Assembly (NCBI GenBank): GCA_041697335.1
Contig: JBGUGD010000030.1
Coordinates: 89,665-153,664 of the forward strand
From: Vampirovibrionaceae bacterium NZW_1234
Lineage (GTDB): Bacteria; Cyanobacteriota; Vampirovibrionia; Vampirovibrionales; JAGQHJ01
Direction of reading: 5' to 3'
Length of the DNA stretch: 64,000 nucleotides
This document shows, piece after piece, positions 49,401 to 60,210 of this stretch; the stretch's first letter is position 1; the number at the start of each line of letters is the position of its first letter. The translations under genes and the position numbers were made by a program. The notes under the pieces are model-generated. The model was not told where the DNA came from. It ran no database searches and was given only the letters and a program-made list of their open reading frames with translations.

Positions 49401-50112
49401 CGGCATCAATCGAGCGCTGGGTGTCGATATTGATGATCCGGATGCTCTCCAGGGTGTCGCCAAAAAACTCCATCCGCACCGGGTCTCCGTTGACGGGATA
49501 GAGATCGAAAATATCGCCGCGACTGCTGAACTCGCCCGGTTCCAGAATGATGCTGGACTTTTGATAGCCCCGCTCCAGACATAACGCCGTCAGATCCTGG
49601 GGGGACAGGGTCTGGTTCACTGTCAGATGCAGTGCGTTTGCCTCTTGGGCCTCAACGGAAATGTGCTGAAGCAGCAGGCTTTTGGCCGCAAACAGATAAA
49701 TCTTCGGCTCCTGGCGGGCCAGCTCCTGCCCCAGCAGGAAGTGCTGCTTCATGGTCTGGGCCAAGGGGTTGGACAGGTCGTAAGGTGAAAAATCTTCAGC
49801 CGGGTATTGGCTGACCTGGTAGCGCGGCAAGAGCTCAATCAAATCGCGATAATATCGCAGGCACTCTTGTGGATCCGAACACACCAGGATGATGGGGCAC
49901 TGGTGATCCTGAAACAGCCCGGCCACGACGAGTGCTTTTAAGGCCGGATTGGCCAGATTCTCCAGATGCGTTTGAATCTGGGGGCGGTTCAGGCGAAATC
50001 GGCTCGAAAGCGATTGAAACACCTCGCTTGAGGCTTTGAATTTTTCTAAGAGCAGTTCACTGTTTCGAAGCGTGTCCTGGGCTTTGGTCGGGTTGGGTTT
50101 TTTCGTGCTCAT
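46474..50112 (-). CDS. mfd: transcription-repair coupling factor
   Basis: About 1210 aa. UvrB-homology N-domain, RNAP-interaction domain, and the SF2 translocase motifs [14 protein letters not shown] and DEEQRFGV. The ORF track starts at 50142; an ATG at 50112 overlapping the upstream stop (ATGA) is likely. Confidence 0.95.
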   Translation of the reverse strand: MSTKKPNPTKAQDTLRNSELLLEKFKASSEVFQSLSSRFRLNRPQIQTHLENLANPALKALVVAGLFQDHQCPIILVCSDPQECLRYYRDLIELLPRYQVSQYPAEDFSPYDLSNPLAQTMKQHFLLGQELARQEPKIYLFAAKSLLLQHISVEAQEANALHLTVNQTLSPQDLTALCLERGYQKSSIILEPGEFSSRGDIFDLYPVNGDPVRMEFFGDTLESIRIINIDTQRSIDAVDKVMAIPRHALLLSEDNKAKLIEAMHTHLEAQCKSLDPVDEEALRATVENQIQAMEQAFIPDGLDYYAPLIEPDFKPLVDMLPENSLVVFDDWVVTENHLRGYTDRLTRQLEEGIHKGRLLDLGFTYHLSTEEGLARLNQRMPKQLYLDSFPVMPEAENDPTKLTLTFHAPTNYKADLKEAAQALQNLRREQYQIFVTTDTPQRILDNCKEWDVPAIYITDDGISPSDLKNLNYDVLVAKQGLLEGFQLPAEKLIHFTDAELFGRRRKKLVISATSGTKRQDLETIKAIDELREGDYVVHQHHGIGRFVKLAQIQIDGEKREYLTIQYSGNDRLHVPADQVNLLSRYRGSGDTPPKLNKMGGIDWSKTKSKVQKSIRSIARELMELYAARSRSRGFQFEPDSPWQVELEESFPYTETPDQWQAILDVKADMESDKPMDRLICGDVGYGKTEVALRSIFKAVLSGKQVAVLVPTTILAQQHFNTLSDRFKPYPVRVGLLSRFRSPKEQKEVLDRLTLGECDVVVGTHRLLQRDVHFKDLGLVVVDEEQRFGVAHKEKLKQVRKEVDVLTLSATPIPRTLYMAMSGIRNLSLINTPPVNRSPIKTFVGPYNPAQVRMAILQEVDRGGQVYFVHNRVQTIYNKLNELQDLVPEVSFIVGHGQMNERDLETVMLDFAQKKHHVLLCTTIIESGLDIPNVNTIIVDRADRFGLSQLYQIRGRVGRSETQAYAYCYYNQDQILTQDAQERLRAIREFTTLGSGYQIAQRDLEIRGVGNVLGSEQHGHMVSVGFDLYCQMLDESIQELQGKVAETKEDAIIDLNVTAYIPDDWVGDKNVKLTEYKRLADIRTLRALDIIQAEWKDRFGDTPAPAQELVRLVKMRITATELNFSMIREDSEFLRISVPFTLKEWMQFQSKLPPEIGNKARWVPAVTSREGSQPVLLIKRGLMTTQDQMTFLETFLEKMKVLTKEAAVTASNK

Positions 50113-50588
50113 GGCCGCCCTTCCCAACGGTGTCCGGGACATAAAGTGATTTTGCTGCCTGTGCCAAACTGAAGCCGTTTGCGAGTGCCGGCATTGAGTT
50201 CAACCACCATGTCGGCATCGACACCCGAGCTATAGATCGGGCAGGTGTTTGCCGGTTGCCTGCAAGGGGGCGCCGAATCCACGGCCGAAACCAGCGTACC
50301 CTCTCGGAAAAAAAGCATATCCAACGGGATGCGGCAATCTTTCATCCAGAAGGTTTGTACCGTGGGCTCGCCGATTAAAAACAACATCCCCTGGTTCTTG
50401 CCCAAGCGGCTTCGATGTTGAAGGCCCCGAGACTTTTGTTCAGCCGTCTTGGCCACTTCAACCTGGAAGGGGGTTTGATCAATTTGGATGCAGCTTTTGG
50501 CAAACGGCTCCATGGCAAAAAGCGGGGGTCCCGTTAGAGACCCCAGCAAAAAAGCTATTGTGAGTGCGCCTTTGAATGAGATCGTCAA
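50109..50588 (-). CDS. DUF192 family protein (COG1430)
   Basis: 159 aa with a signal-peptide-like N-terminus. The core is LQVEVAKTAEQKSRGLQ...GMLFL...MKDCRIPLDMLFF. Confidence 0.65.
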   Translation of the reverse strand: MTISFKGALTIAFLLGSLTGPPLFAMEPFAKSCIQIDQTPFQVEVAKTAEQKSRGLQHRSRLGKNQGMLFLIGEPTVQTFWMKDCRIPLDMLFFREGTLVSAVDSAPPCRQPANTCPIYSSGVDADMVVELNAGTRKRLQFGTGSKITLCPGHRWEGRP

Positions 50589-50594
50589 TACGCC

Positions 50595-51506
50595 CTACCT
50601 AAGTACTTCGACGGTAACTGGGGCTGTACCTGATGATAACATACCAATGGCTTGTGCGGCACCTTTGGAAAGGTCAATGATACGCCCATGGGCATAGGGA
50701 CCTCTATCCGTGATGCGCACAATGGCCGAGCGGCCCGTGCGATCGTTGGTGACCCGAACCCGTGTGTTAAAGGGCAGGGACTTGTGAGCGGCGGTCATCT
50801 CATGCATATTGAACCGTTCGCCATTGGCACAGCGACGGCCGTGAAAGCCGGGGCCATACCAGGAGGCATACCCTTTGAGCATCGCTTTAACCTGCTCTTG
50901 GCCGGTTGTGTCGGCCTGACGCAATTGGCTTAAGGCCGGGGAGAAACCACGAGAAGCAATCCGAGAAGTATCCCGGCTTAACTCAGGGGCTCCCAGAGAC
51001 GTTCTCAGCAAGTTGGTCCAGATAAAGGCCAGGCGTTTCTGGCTTAACCCGGCCTGCTTGGCCGTCTGTTCATCGACGGTAATCAGAACCGTCTGTCCGG
51101 TTCGGATGACAATTTGATTGTCTTCTTCACCCGGTTTAATGTCTCGGGGGCTGCCGCCATTGGCTAAATAGGCTTGCAAACGACGCTCAGCATTCAAGAC
51201 CCGGGCTTGGGCAGAATAACCACCCAGCGGGCTGCGCACTTTCAAAACTTCTGTTCCGTTCACCAGCAAGCTGGCGGTTCCCGGGTCAAACTTATGGGCC
51301 AAAGCAATGCCGGACTGCTGTTCCGAAGCAATATCTGCCATCGGCACAGCTGTACTTGCGATTTTTAAATCCGACTGATCTTGCCTTACTCCCTCTTCCG
51401 ACCAGGTGTTGGGGGTGATCATGGTGCTCAGGGAGACCACGACGCTACAGATAAGAATTGAGATGTGACACTGTGTTTGTTTTCGGAACAAATCCAGTTC
51501 CTCCAT
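50595..51506 (-). CDS. RlpA-like septal lytic transglycosylase-type protein (C-terminal DPBB domain)
   Basis: The C-terminal [59 protein letters not shown] is a double-psi beta-barrel. The N-terminal region has a hydrophobic anchor. Confidence 0.75.
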   Translation of the reverse strand: MEELDLFRKQTQCHISILICSVVVSLSTMITPNTWSEEGVRQDQSDLKIASTAVPMADIASEQQSGIALAHKFDPGTASLLVNGTEVLKVRSPLGGYSAQARVLNAERRLQAYLANGGSPRDIKPGEEDNQIVIRTGQTVLITVDEQTAKQAGLSQKRLAFIWTNLLRTSLGAPELSRDTSRIASRGFSPALSQLRQADTTGQEQVKAMLKGYASWYGPGFHGRRCANGERFNMHEMTAAHKSLPFNTRVRVTNDRTGRSAIVRITDRGPYAHGRIIDLSKGAAQAIGMLSSGTAPVTVEVLR

Positions 51507-51536
51507 CTTGGTGGAGCCATGGTGTCACAATCCTGA

Positions 51537-51559
51537 CAAATTCAACAAGAATGAATTTG
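51537..51559. promoter_or_regulatory. 8-7-8 inverted repeat (CAAATTCA-N7-TGAATTTG) in the rlpA-like/fliD2 divergent intergenic region
   Basis: A perfect 8-bp arm palindrome 30 nt upstream of the rlpA-like start codon. Confidence 0.35.
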
Positions 51560-51882
51560 GTAATTCTCAGAGTTTACCGGGGGATTGTTACAAAACTTTA
51601 AGATAAAAATCATTTGTCACGATCATCGGTATCTGAACCATATTGAAGTGAGGTCATGAGTTGTAATATCTTGGATATCTACTTTTACATTTCGTCATAA
51701 TCCACGTGTGGGGCCCTAAGGGATGTGTATTGTTGGTTGTCCCTTTGGTCTGGACCTGCTGCAGGTGAGATGAGGCCCCGGTTATGGAAGTTCCTTTGTT
51801 TGGTCGATCAAACGGGAGGTGGACTCCCGCTATACTGAAATCAGGTGAGAAGGGGTCATGAACACAGAGGATTGAGAGCAGT

Positions 51883-53676
51883 ATGGCATTATCGTTTGGT
51901 GGCATCAGTTCCGGGCTTCCGGTGAATGACATTATCCGTCAGCTTATGGCCATAGAGCGTCGGCCTATAACGTTATTGAATCAGCGAAAAGACAGGATTG
52001 CTACCCAACAGTCACAGTACACAGCCGTTTCGAGTCGGACCAGCGCGCTTCGGGATTCCTTGAACAAGCTGACCGATGCCAATCTCGGCACCTCCTTTGA
52101 TCTCTTTCAGGCCCGTAGAGCCGCCAGTTCAGATGCGACAAGAGCAACCGTGTCGGTAACCAACGGGGCCTCAGAAGGCAGCTTTACCCTGGATGTTCTG
52201 CAACTGGCCACTGCCACCAAGGCTGCAAGCACTACTGAAATTGGGGCAAAAACCACTAGCACGGCGAATCTGGCCAATGTTGCCAAGGGAGCCATTACCT
52301 CCGGCAATTTCACGGTATTTATCAATAATCAGGCTCGCACGATTTCTGTGACCGTCGATAAAACCTCGGGAGATACGATGCAGGCGGTCATTGATCGGGT
52401 TGCCAATGAAATAGCTACCGTCACCGGGGCTGCAGCCACTGGGACGGTTAATGCCAGTGGGCAAGTGGAGCTTTCATACCAGGCGGGCACTACAATCCGC
52501 TTTGGGGCCGCAACAGATACCTCGAATTTCGCCCAAGTCACGCATATGTTAACCGGAACCAGTAATTCCCCGACCGATGACACGTTTACGGCACAGTACG
52601 GGACATCTACCATTGATGTGAACGGGAAGCTTATTGGGAATGCGGTCGGCTTGCAAACCAATACCATTGCTGCGGGCACGTTTAAGATTGGCACCAAGCA
52701 GTTCACGATTGATGCCAACACAACGTTGGCAGGGATCATCAGTCAGATTAACGGGAGTCCCGAGGCCGGGGTTCTGGTCAGCTACAATGTCAATACCAAT
52801 AAGCTTGAAATGGTGTCCAAAACCACCGGGAATCAGGCTATCTTTATGGAGGATAATGGCACCAATTTCTTGACCAGTGTGGGATTGGTGTCTGGGACGA
52901 ACAGTTTCAGCAGTCAGACGCTGGGGCAAAATGCCCAAATCAAGATCAATGGCGGCAATACCTTATCCAGTACCTCCAATGCCATCAGTTCCGCCGTCAG
53001 TGGCTTGTCGGGGGTCACCCTGAACCTGGTGAAGCAAACCGATGTCGGATCGCCGATTACCATTACCATCAACAACGATACCACCGCTGCCAAAGATGCC
53101 TTAAAGGACATTTTGAATCGGTTTAATACCTTGATCGGGTTTATTGATGAACAAACGAAAAAAGGCGCCGTGTTGTCCGGGGAAAACCGGTTGACCAGCT
53201 TTCGCAATGAGATCCGTCGAACAATTACGACCCAATCCACTGTTCCTGGATTGACCACCTATAAGACGCTGTCTCAAATCGGCATTACCAGCGGCAACGT
53301 GAATTCAAACTTTGCTCAAGGATCGGTTTCCAAGACCTTTAGTATGACCGATGCCGATTTTGATGCCGCCTTTGCAGCCAATCCCGATGAGGTGAAAAAG
53401 CTGTTGATTGGGGATGGGACCAACGCCGGGATTATCAGTACCATGAAAAGTCAAATCAATGCGGCCTTGGATCCCGAATTTGGGATATTCTCGTCCCGAG
53501 ATACCTCGGCAAACAATCAAATCAAGGCCATCAATGATGCCATTGCCCGTCAGCAACAACTACTGGAAGCCAAAGAAGCCTTGCTCAGAAAGCAGTTCAA
53601 TACCATGGATCAGATGATCAGCCAGTTTCGATCCCAGCAAAGCTACATCGGGTCCTTAGGGGCCAGTCAATTCTAA
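51883..53676 (+). CDS. fliD: flagellar filament cap protein FliD, paralogue 2
   Basis: 597 aa. It is co-linear with the 10998..12797 protein throughout (the same N- and C-terminal FliD domains, FSSQTLGQNA, GLSGVTLNL, NPDEVKKLLIG, DPEFGIFSSR). Confidence 0.8.
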   Translation: MALSFGGISSGLPVNDIIRQLMAIERRPITLLNQRKDRIATQQSQYTAVSSRTSALRDSLNKLTDANLGTSFDLFQARRAASSDATRATVSVTNGASEGSFTLDVLQLATATKAASTTEIGAKTTSTANLANVAKGAITSGNFTVFINNQARTISVTVDKTSGDTMQAVIDRVANEIATVTGAAATGTVNASGQVELSYQAGTTIRFGAATDTSNFAQVTHMLTGTSNSPTDDTFTAQYGTSTIDVNGKLIGNAVGLQTNTIAAGTFKIGTKQFTIDANTTLAGIISQINGSPEAGVLVSYNVNTNKLEMVSKTTGNQAIFMEDNGTNFLTSVGLVSGTNSFSSQTLGQNAQIKINGGNTLSSTSNAISSAVSGLSGVTLNLVKQTDVGSPITITINNDTTAAKDALKDILNRFNTLIGFIDEQTKKGAVLSGENRLTSFRNEIRRTITTQSTVPGLTTYKTLSQIGITSGNVNSNFAQGSVSKTFSMTDADFDAAFAANPDEVKKLLIGDGTNAGIISTMKSQINAALDPEFGIFSSRDTSANNQIKAINDAIARQQQLLEAKEALLRKQFNTMDQMISQFRSQQSYIGSLGASQF

Positions 53677-53693
53677 TGGGCGCCCGCCTTCTT

Positions 53694-55361
53694 TTAGGAA
53701 TTTGGGGTTGTAATGGGAGCACTGTTTGGAAACAGCGGGGCGGTTTTGTAACGACGCTCCACGGCCGCCGCCATCAGGCCTTTAAATAGCGGGTGTGCAT
53801 TGTCCGGGCGAGACAGAAACTCGGGGTGGAATTGACAGGCCACGAACCACGGATGGTTTGCTAACTCGATAATTTCCACGAGCTTGCGATCCGGGGAGGT
53901 GCCGGAGAAGATTAAGCCGGCATCGGCCAGAATCTGGCGGTAATCGTTGTTGACTTCGTAGCGGTGACGGTGGCGTTCTTGAATCACATCGGCATCGTAG
54001 ACCTGGTGAGCTTTGGTGCCTTTGACCAAGTGGCAAGGGTATTGGCCCAGACGCATGGTACCGCCTTTGTCGGCCACATCTTTCTGGTCATCCATCAGGC
54101 CAATCACGGACTGATCGGAATCGGGCTCAAATTCGACGCTGTTGGCCCGGGTGAGTTGGGCCACGTTGCGGGCATATTCAATCACGGCACACTGCATCCC
54201 CAGGCACAGGCCGAGGAAGGGAATGTGATGTTCCCGGGCATAGCGAATGACGTTGATCTTGCCTTCAATCCCGCGAGAGCCAAAGCCGCCTGGAATGATC
54301 AACCCGTCAACATCCTGCAGGAAGGCTTCTGCCGTCTCCATATCTTCGCAATCTTCGGAGTTGATCCATTTGATTTCGACGGCCGCATCGGCCCAGGCCG
54401 CCGCATGCTTCATGGCTTCGATGACGGACAGGTAGGCATCGGAGAGATCGGTATATTTTCCGGCCAGGGCCACTTTAATGGTCTTGGACGGGTGCTTCAG
54501 GGCCTCAACCGTCTTTTTCCATGCATCCAACTGAGGCGGGGTGTTTTCAATCCCCAACCGGGACAGCACTTCTCGCGCCAGCCCTTCTTTTTCCAGAGCC
54601 AAGGGGACTTCATACAGGCACTCTTGATCCAGACATTGAATGACGGCTTCGGGATCCACGTTGGTGAATTGGGCCAGCTTCAGGCGTTCGCCTTCGCTCA
54701 AAACTTTTTCGGTCCGGCAGACCAGGATGTCGGCTTGAATCCCCACGTTGCGTAGGGCGTTCACACTGTGCTGAGAGGGTTTGGTTTTGACTTCACCGGA
54801 GGTCTTCAGGTAAGGGACCAGGGTCACGTGGATAAAGCAGGTATTTTTAAAGCCCACATCGTAGCGGAACTGGCGGACGGCTTCGATAAAGGGCAGGCCC
54901 TCAATGTCGCCGATGGTGCCGCCGATTTCGCAGATGAGAAAGTCGGGGGCCAGCTTGTTGGCGGCTTCATGGATTTTGCTTTTGATTTCATCCGTGACGT
55001 GGGGGATGGTCTGCACCGTGGAGCCCAGGTAATCGCCCCGACGTTCTTTGGAAATGACATTCAGATAGATACGCCCGGCCGTGACGTTGTTGATGCTGGT
55101 CAGGTTGGTGTCGATAAACCGCTCGTAATGGCCTAAATCCAGGTCGGTCTCAGCGCCATCGTTGGTCACGAAGACTTCACCATGCTGAAAAGGGCTCATG
55201 GTCCCAGGATCCACGTTGATGTAGGGATCAAATTTTTGAATGCTGACCGTATAACCCCGGCTTCGCAGCAGGCGGCCCAGGGAAGCGGCCACAATGCCTT
55301 TTCCCAAAGAGCTGACAACACCGCCGGTAATAAAGATGTACTTGGTGGAATGGCGCATCAT
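53694..55361 (-). CDS. pyrG: CTP synthase
   Basis: N-terminal [16 protein letters not shown]-terminal glutamine amidotransferase domain (GLCLGMQ, HPEF). Confidence 0.95.
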   Translation of the reverse strand: MMRHSTKYIFITGGVVSSLGKGIVAASLGRLLRSRGYTVSIQKFDPYINVDPGTMSPFQHGEVFVTNDGAETDLDLGHYERFIDTNLTSINNVTAGRIYLNVISKERRGDYLGSTVQTIPHVTDEIKSKIHEAANKLAPDFLICEIGGTIGDIEGLPFIEAVRQFRYDVGFKNTCFIHVTLVPYLKTSGEVKTKPSQHSVNALRNVGIQADILVCRTEKVLSEGERLKLAQFTNVDPEAVIQCLDQECLYEVPLALEKEGLAREVLSRLGIENTPPQLDAWKKTVEALKHPSKTIKVALAGKYTDLSDAYLSVIEAMKHAAAWADAAVEIKWINSEDCEDMETAEAFLQDVDGLIIPGGFGSRGIEGKINVIRYAREHHIPFLGLCLGMQCAVIEYARNVAQLTRANSVEFEPDSDQSVIGLMDDQKDVADKGGTMRLGQYPCHLVKGTKAHQVYDADVIQERHRHRYEVNNDYRQILADAGLIFSGTSPDRKLVEIIELANHPWFVACQFHPEFLSRPDNAHPLFKGLMAAAVERRYKTAPLFPNSAPITTPNS

Positions 55362-55364
55362 GGT

Positions 55365-55655
55365 CTAGTTTCCTTCATCTAAAATCTGGGGCACCCGGAA
55401 AAATCCGTCCTCTTCTTGAGGCGCGTTGCTCAGAAGCACGTCTCGGTCCATGGGTTTGGCAACTTCATCCGGACGGTACAAGGTGGCTTCACCGGCCATG
55501 GCAGCCAACGTGTCTGATGCCAGGTCCAGTTCATTGAGTTGGTCAACCAAGTCGAGAATTTTGCTGAGTTCTTTTGCGTATTGCTGGGTTTCTTCCGGAG
55601 TCAGGGCTAAGCGAGCCAGCTTGGCTACATGAGTTACGGTTTCTTCGGTAATCAT
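55365..55655 (-). CDS. gatC: Asp/Glu-tRNA amidotransferase subunit C
   Basis: 96 aa. ITEETVTHVAKLARLALTPEE...LDLVDQL is the typical GatC sequence. Confidence 0.85.
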   Translation of the reverse strand: MITEETVTHVAKLARLALTPEETQQYAKELSKILDLVDQLNELDLASDTLAAMAGEATLYRPDEVAKPMDRDVLLSNAPQEEDGFFRVPQILDEGN

Positions 55656-55728
55656 CGGGCGGGGTGCTCCAACGTCTCGGGCATGCTTACGTCAATTGTA
55701 GCTTCAATAAACCGGGTTTTAAAGGCCT

Positions 55729-55745
55729 CGTAACGATCCGTTACG
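55729..55745. promoter_or_regulatory. perfect 7-3-7 palindrome CGTAACG-atc-CGTTACG upstream of gatC
   Basis: It lies about 75 nt upstream of the gatC start, inside an unusually long (425 nt) non-coding interval. Confidence 0.35.
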
Positions 55746-56080
55746 GGCGGTTACAAGGACCGAACATTAGGAAATGCGGGCCATATCCGTCATATTCCGC
55801 GACGGAATGGAGGGGGTCTGGGCCAACAGATGCTTTAATCGCTCCCGGGTCATCGGAACACCGGTTTGGGAAAACGGGTGCTCTGCCGTGTTCATCCAGG
55901 AGGACGCAACCAAACGAAACAAACGGGTGAATAACCGTGTGAGTGAAAACACAAGAACGTTCCTTTAATCCACGACGAGGGGAGAACAACAGGTACGGTA
56001 TAACGATACCATAAAGATACGGATTTCAATAGGTTTTTAAATTTGAATGAAGATTGTAATATGCCCGGCCGATCTTCCGA

Positions 56081-56536
56081 TTAGTCGTCCAAATGGTTGA
56101 CGAGCCAGAGTAAGGCCAGGCGATAGCTGTCGATGCCAAAACCACTGATGGATCCGGTGGCCACTGCCGAGATGAGCGACTCCGCACGAAAGCTTTCGCG
56201 ATTGTGGATATTGGAGAGGTGAACCTCGACAATCGGGTTGGGGTAAACGGCAAGGGCATCTCGAATGGCCACGCTGGTGTGGGTATAACCGCCTGGGTTG
56301 ATGATGAGTCCGTCGGTCGTGTCGATGGCCTTGTGGATCTCATCGATGAGGACGCCCTCGTGGTTGGACTGCACGCACTGGAGCGTGATGTTGTGGCGCT
56401 CGGCAATGTGCTTCAGCATCTCGTTGACATCGGTCAAGGTATCCGTGCCATAGATGTCCGGCTCACGCTTGCCCAGGAGGTTGAGGTTGGGACCATGGAG
56501 GACCAGAAGGTTGGCAGGTTTGGGTTTATCCGGCAT
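56081..56536 (-). CDS. aroQ: type II 3-dehydroquinate dehydratase
   Basis: [16 protein letters not shown]...[12 protein letters not shown]...H motifs. 151 aa. Confidence 0.9.
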   Translation of the reverse strand: MPDKPKPANLLVLHGPNLNLLGKREPDIYGTDTLTDVNEMLKHIAERHNITLQCVQSNHEGVLIDEIHKAIDTTDGLIINPGGYTHTSVAIRDALAVYPNPIVEVHLSNIHNRESFRAESLISAVATGSISGFGIDSYRLALLWLVNHLDD

Positions 56537-57651
56537 GAGAAGCGCTCTCCAGTTGCGTTTGTCTTAAGTAGCTTTCAATAAAGGGATTTAGCTCCCCGTC
56601 CATCACGCCGCTGACGTCGGCTGTTTCCGTATTGGTCCGGTGATCCTTGACCATGGTATAGGGATGAAACACATAGGAGCGAATTTGGCTGCCGAAGTTG
56701 ATGTCCATGACGGCGCCTTTGATGGCGGCCATTTTTTCTTCATGGGCGGCAATTTTCAGGGCCAGGAGTTTGGACTTCAAGAGGCGAAGGGCAATCTCCC
56801 GGTTCTGAAGCTGGCTGCGCTCTTTTTGACATTTGACCACAATGCCCGTGGGCTTGTGCAGGATGCGCACGGCTGTTTCCACCTTGTTGACGTTCTGGCC
56901 GCCTGCGCCACCACTTCGCATGGTATCGATTTCAAGGTCATCGGGCGGGATGTCGATGTCGGTATCGAGGGCTTGCAACATGGGGCTGACCTCGACAGAG
57001 GCAAAGCTGGTCTGGCGCTTGCCGCTCGCGTTAAAGGGAGAAATCCGGACCAGGCGGTGAACGCCTTTTTCTGCTTTGGCATAGCCGTAGGCATACGCCC
57101 CGGTCAATTGAATGGTAGCGCTTTTAATCCCGGCTTCTTCGCCTTCCGACGTGTCCAGGAGCTCGACCTTGTATTGGTGCTGTTCGCCCCAGCGCATATA
57201 CATTCTCAGAAGCATTTCGGCCCAGTCCTGAGCATCCGTGCCGCCAGCCCCGGCGTTGATGGTGAGAATGGCATCGGAGGCATCGTATTCACCACTCAGC
57301 AGGTTTTGAAGCTCCCATTGGTCCAAGGCCTTTTCCAGCTGGCGCAGACTTTGGGCCACTTCGGGGATAACGGAGTCGTCCTGGGCTTCCTGGCCCATGT
57401 CAATGAGGACCTGGGCATCCTCCAGGGTTTGCTGCCAGCCCTGGGCCAGATCGCGTTTGTTCTTGAGGGCGGTCAGTTGCTGGAGAATCTGTTGTGCCTG
57501 ATCCGGCTGATCCCAAAACGTGGGGGCCAGCGAGGCTGCTTCTAACTCGGCAATTTTGGCCTCGTTCTGAGGGGTGTCAAAGAAACCCCCGGGCATCAGC
57601 CACACGTGAGAGAAGGGTTTCGACTTGGCGTTGGAGATCGGAAAAGTCCAT
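56526..57651 (-). CDS. prfB: peptide chain release factor 2 with a programmed +1 ribosomal frameshift
   Basis: The frame-0 leader ATG at 57651 encodes [24 protein letters not shown]. It ends CTT TGA C (57582-57576), with an internal SD-like CGGGGG 3 nt upstream. The +1 frame continues as [15 protein letters not shown]... through the GGQ motif to the stop at 56526. Confidence 0.9.
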
Positions 57652-57891
57652 AGCGGGTATCGCCGTGTTGGGTTTTGGGTCGAAAGAGGGAATGCCTCCT
57701 GTTCTTAGTTAACCACAAAGACGTGGATTTGTCCGCGGGAAGACCCCGTGGCAGGCCGGTCGACCAATCGCCTGATTTGGACAACTGTGGTATCGTGAGT
57801 GGTATCGTGGCCGGGGAGTGGGTACCATTTTGGCCCCAGCCCTCGCGGTGGTCCCGTGTGGTTTGTGATTGTTTTTGAGGAGGTCTCTGGT

Positions 57892-60210
57892 ATGTCAGAC
57901 GCCTTGGTGCCGTTATCTGTGGCCTTTGTGTGGCACATGCATCAGCCCGAGTATAAGGATAACCTGACCGGGGAGTACCTAATGCCCTGGGTACGCTTGC
58001 ATGCGGTCAAAGACTACCTGGATATGGTCCTGATTCTCGAAGAATACCCGCGTATCCGGCAGACCTTCAACCTGGTGCCCTCGTTAATCGATCAGTTGGA
58101 AGATTACACTCGCCCTGAAACCCGGGACCGCCATATGTCGGTGATGCTCAAGGACCTCTTGACCGATGAGGATCGGTTGTTCATCTGCCAGCGCTTCTTT
58201 GATGCGGCCCATCACACCATGATTGCCCGTAGCCCCTACTACATGGAGCTCCTCCATCGGCGTCAGCAGATTCAATGGGAAGAACCGGATTTGACCCTGT
58301 TTAGTGACCAGGAGTACTTTGACATTACTGCCTTGTTCCATCTGGTCTGGACCGACCCGCTCTGGTTTGAGCGTATGCCCGAGCTTCAGGCTTTGTGGAA
58401 GCAAGGGGCTCACTATACCCTGGCCCAGCGTCAACAGATTCTGGAGATTCATCGCCAGATCATCTGCCAGGTTCTTCCGACGTATCGGGCATTTCAGGAG
58501 AAGGGACAAATTGAGGTCACCACGACCCCCTATTATCACCCCATTTTGCCGTTGCTCTTCAATTCCGACTCGGCCCGAGTGGCCATGCCGGAGGCGGTTT
58601 TACCGGAAGAGTCCTTCCAGTACCCGGAGGATGCCACTTATCATGTGCGGGCGGCTCGTGAGCGTTACGAGGCCCTGTTTGGGCGTCCGGCCTGTGGGGT
58701 TTGGCCGGCGGAGCAGTCCATTAGTCCCGATGCGGCTCTGTTGTTAAAGCAGGAAGGCTTTGGCTGGGCCGTGAGCAGCGAGGGCAACCTGGCTCGAAGC
58801 CTGGATATTCGCTTTGACAAGGACCCCTATGGCAACATCATCAATGTCGAAACCTTGTGTCAGCCTTACCAGTATGCCGGGCTCACTTTTTTGTTCCGTA
58901 ACCTGACGCTGTCGGATCTCATTGGCTTTCACTACGCCAGTATGCCCCCGGAGCAGGCGGCCGATGACCTGGTGCATCGCCTGAAGCTGATTCAAAAGCG
59001 CTGCACCCAGATGGGCGTTGCTCGGCCTATTGTGACCATTGCCCTGGATGGGGAGAATTGCTGGGAAGGCTTTCAGAACGATGGGCATGCCTTTTTGAAC
59101 GCCCTGTATGCCAAGCTCTCCGCGGATGCCACTTTGGATGTCTGTCGGGTCCAGGATTACCTGGCCTCAATTACGCCAGAGGCCATTCAGCCCTTGTCAA
59201 AGCTGCATTCGGGCTCCTGGATCAACAGTGACTTTCACATCTGGATTGGCGATCCCGTCAAGAATGCGGCCTGGATGCACTTAAAGCGTACCCGAGCGGA
59301 TCTGGTCCACCTGACCGAAACCGGCCACTACCAACCCGAGATCCTGGCGCAGGCCTGGAAGGAGATCTACATTGCCGAGGGCAGTGACTGGTTCTGGTGG
59401 TATGGCGAGCCCCATAACTCAGGGCAGGACGATGTCTTTGATATGCAGTTCCGGCGGCATCTGGCCAATGTCTACCGGCTTTTGGATATGGAGATACCCA
59501 ACTTCCTGGATATCCCGCTGACCGTCACCATGGGGCGTCCGGTGGCCACAGCGCAAGGGCCGATTCAACCCTGCCTGGACGGTCTTCAGCAGTCCCAGGC
59601 GGATTGGGATCTGGCTGGCTGTTTCGATCTGGTCCATGGGGCCATGCACCGGGGCACCCGGATCCTGAAGAAGGTCTACTTCGGCAGCGATCATCAGCGC
59701 CTGTACCTGCGCTTTATCGTCAACACCGAGGCTGTTTCACCCTATCATGAGGTCTATCTCTACTTCTGTACGCCGGGCAAGACCCGCCATAACTCGCCCA
59801 TCCGAATGAAGAGCCTGAGCGGGCATACGGCGGCCACCCAGCGGTTTCACTATGCCTATGAGATTCAACTGGGCCCCTTGCTGCCCAATCAGTTAAGTGT
59901 GACCGCGGCCGAAGCCATGGCGGATCACCTGTGGTTTCAGCGAAGCGATTTGCAGTGCGAGGCCGTCATGGGCGATGTGCTGGATGTGGCCATTCCCCTG
60001 GACAAGCTCAACACCCACGCCGAAGACTACATTCAATTCTCGGTGGCCCTGGTGCAAGGGGGCGTTATTGAAGAGTTTCAGCCGGAGACCTTTGTCTTGT
60101 CCCTCAAACGCTATTGTGAAGCCGAGGTGACCCAGGAGCTGGATGAGCCAACCGCCTGCGCCTCTGCCTTGAGTGATCAGCCGTTTCTGGGTTCCGGTCA
60201 CGCCGGTTAG
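57892..60210 (+). CDS. GH57-family glycoside hydrolase (alpha-amylase / 4-alpha-glucanotransferase-like)
   Basis: [16 protein letters not shown]...HAVKDYLDM is the GH57 N-terminal signature, with catalytic Glu and Asp regions. The ATG at 57892 follows GAGGAGG. Confidence 0.8.
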   Translation: MSDALVPLSVAFVWHMHQPEYKDNLTGEYLMPWVRLHAVKDYLDMVLILEEYPRIRQTFNLVPSLIDQLEDYTRPETRDRHMSVMLKDLLTDEDRLFICQRFFDAAHHTMIARSPYYMELLHRRQQIQWEEPDLTLFSDQEYFDITALFHLVWTDPLWFERMPELQALWKQGAHYTLAQRQQILEIHRQIICQVLPTYRAFQEKGQIEVTTTPYYHPILPLLFNSDSARVAMPEAVLPEESFQYPEDATYHVRAARERYEALFGRPACGVWPAEQSISPDAALLLKQEGFGWAVSSEGNLARSLDIRFDKDPYGNIINVETLCQPYQYAGLTFLFRNLTLSDLIGFHYASMPPEQAADDLVHRLKLIQKRCTQMGVARPIVTIALDGENCWEGFQNDGHAFLNALYAKLSADATLDVCRVQDYLASITPEAIQPLSKLHSGSWINSDFHIWIGDPVKNAAWMHLKRTRADLVHLTETGHYQPEILAQAWKEIYIAEGSDWFWWYGEPHNSGQDDVFDMQFRRHLANVYRLLDMEIPNFLDIPLTVTMGRPVATAQGPIQPCLDGLQQSQADWDLAGCFDLVHGAMHRGTRILKKVYFGSDHQRLYLRFIVNTEAVSPYHEVYLYFCTPGKTRHNSPIRMKSLSGHTAATQRFHYAYEIQLGPLLPNQLSVTAAEAMADHLWFQRSDLQCEAVMGDVLDVAIPLDKLNTHAEDYIQFSVALVQGGVIEEFQPETFVLSLKRYCEAEVTQELDEPTACASALSDQPFLGSGHAG

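Noticed and set aside
55656-56080. Possible RNase P RNA or tmRNA in the long aroQ-gatC spacer
   Set aside because: None of the conserved blocks is present on either strand: GGAAAGTCCGGGCTCC and ACAGAACCCGGCTTA for RNase P, and the tRNA-like GGGGCTGATTCTGGATTCGAC...TTCGATTCC for tmRNA.
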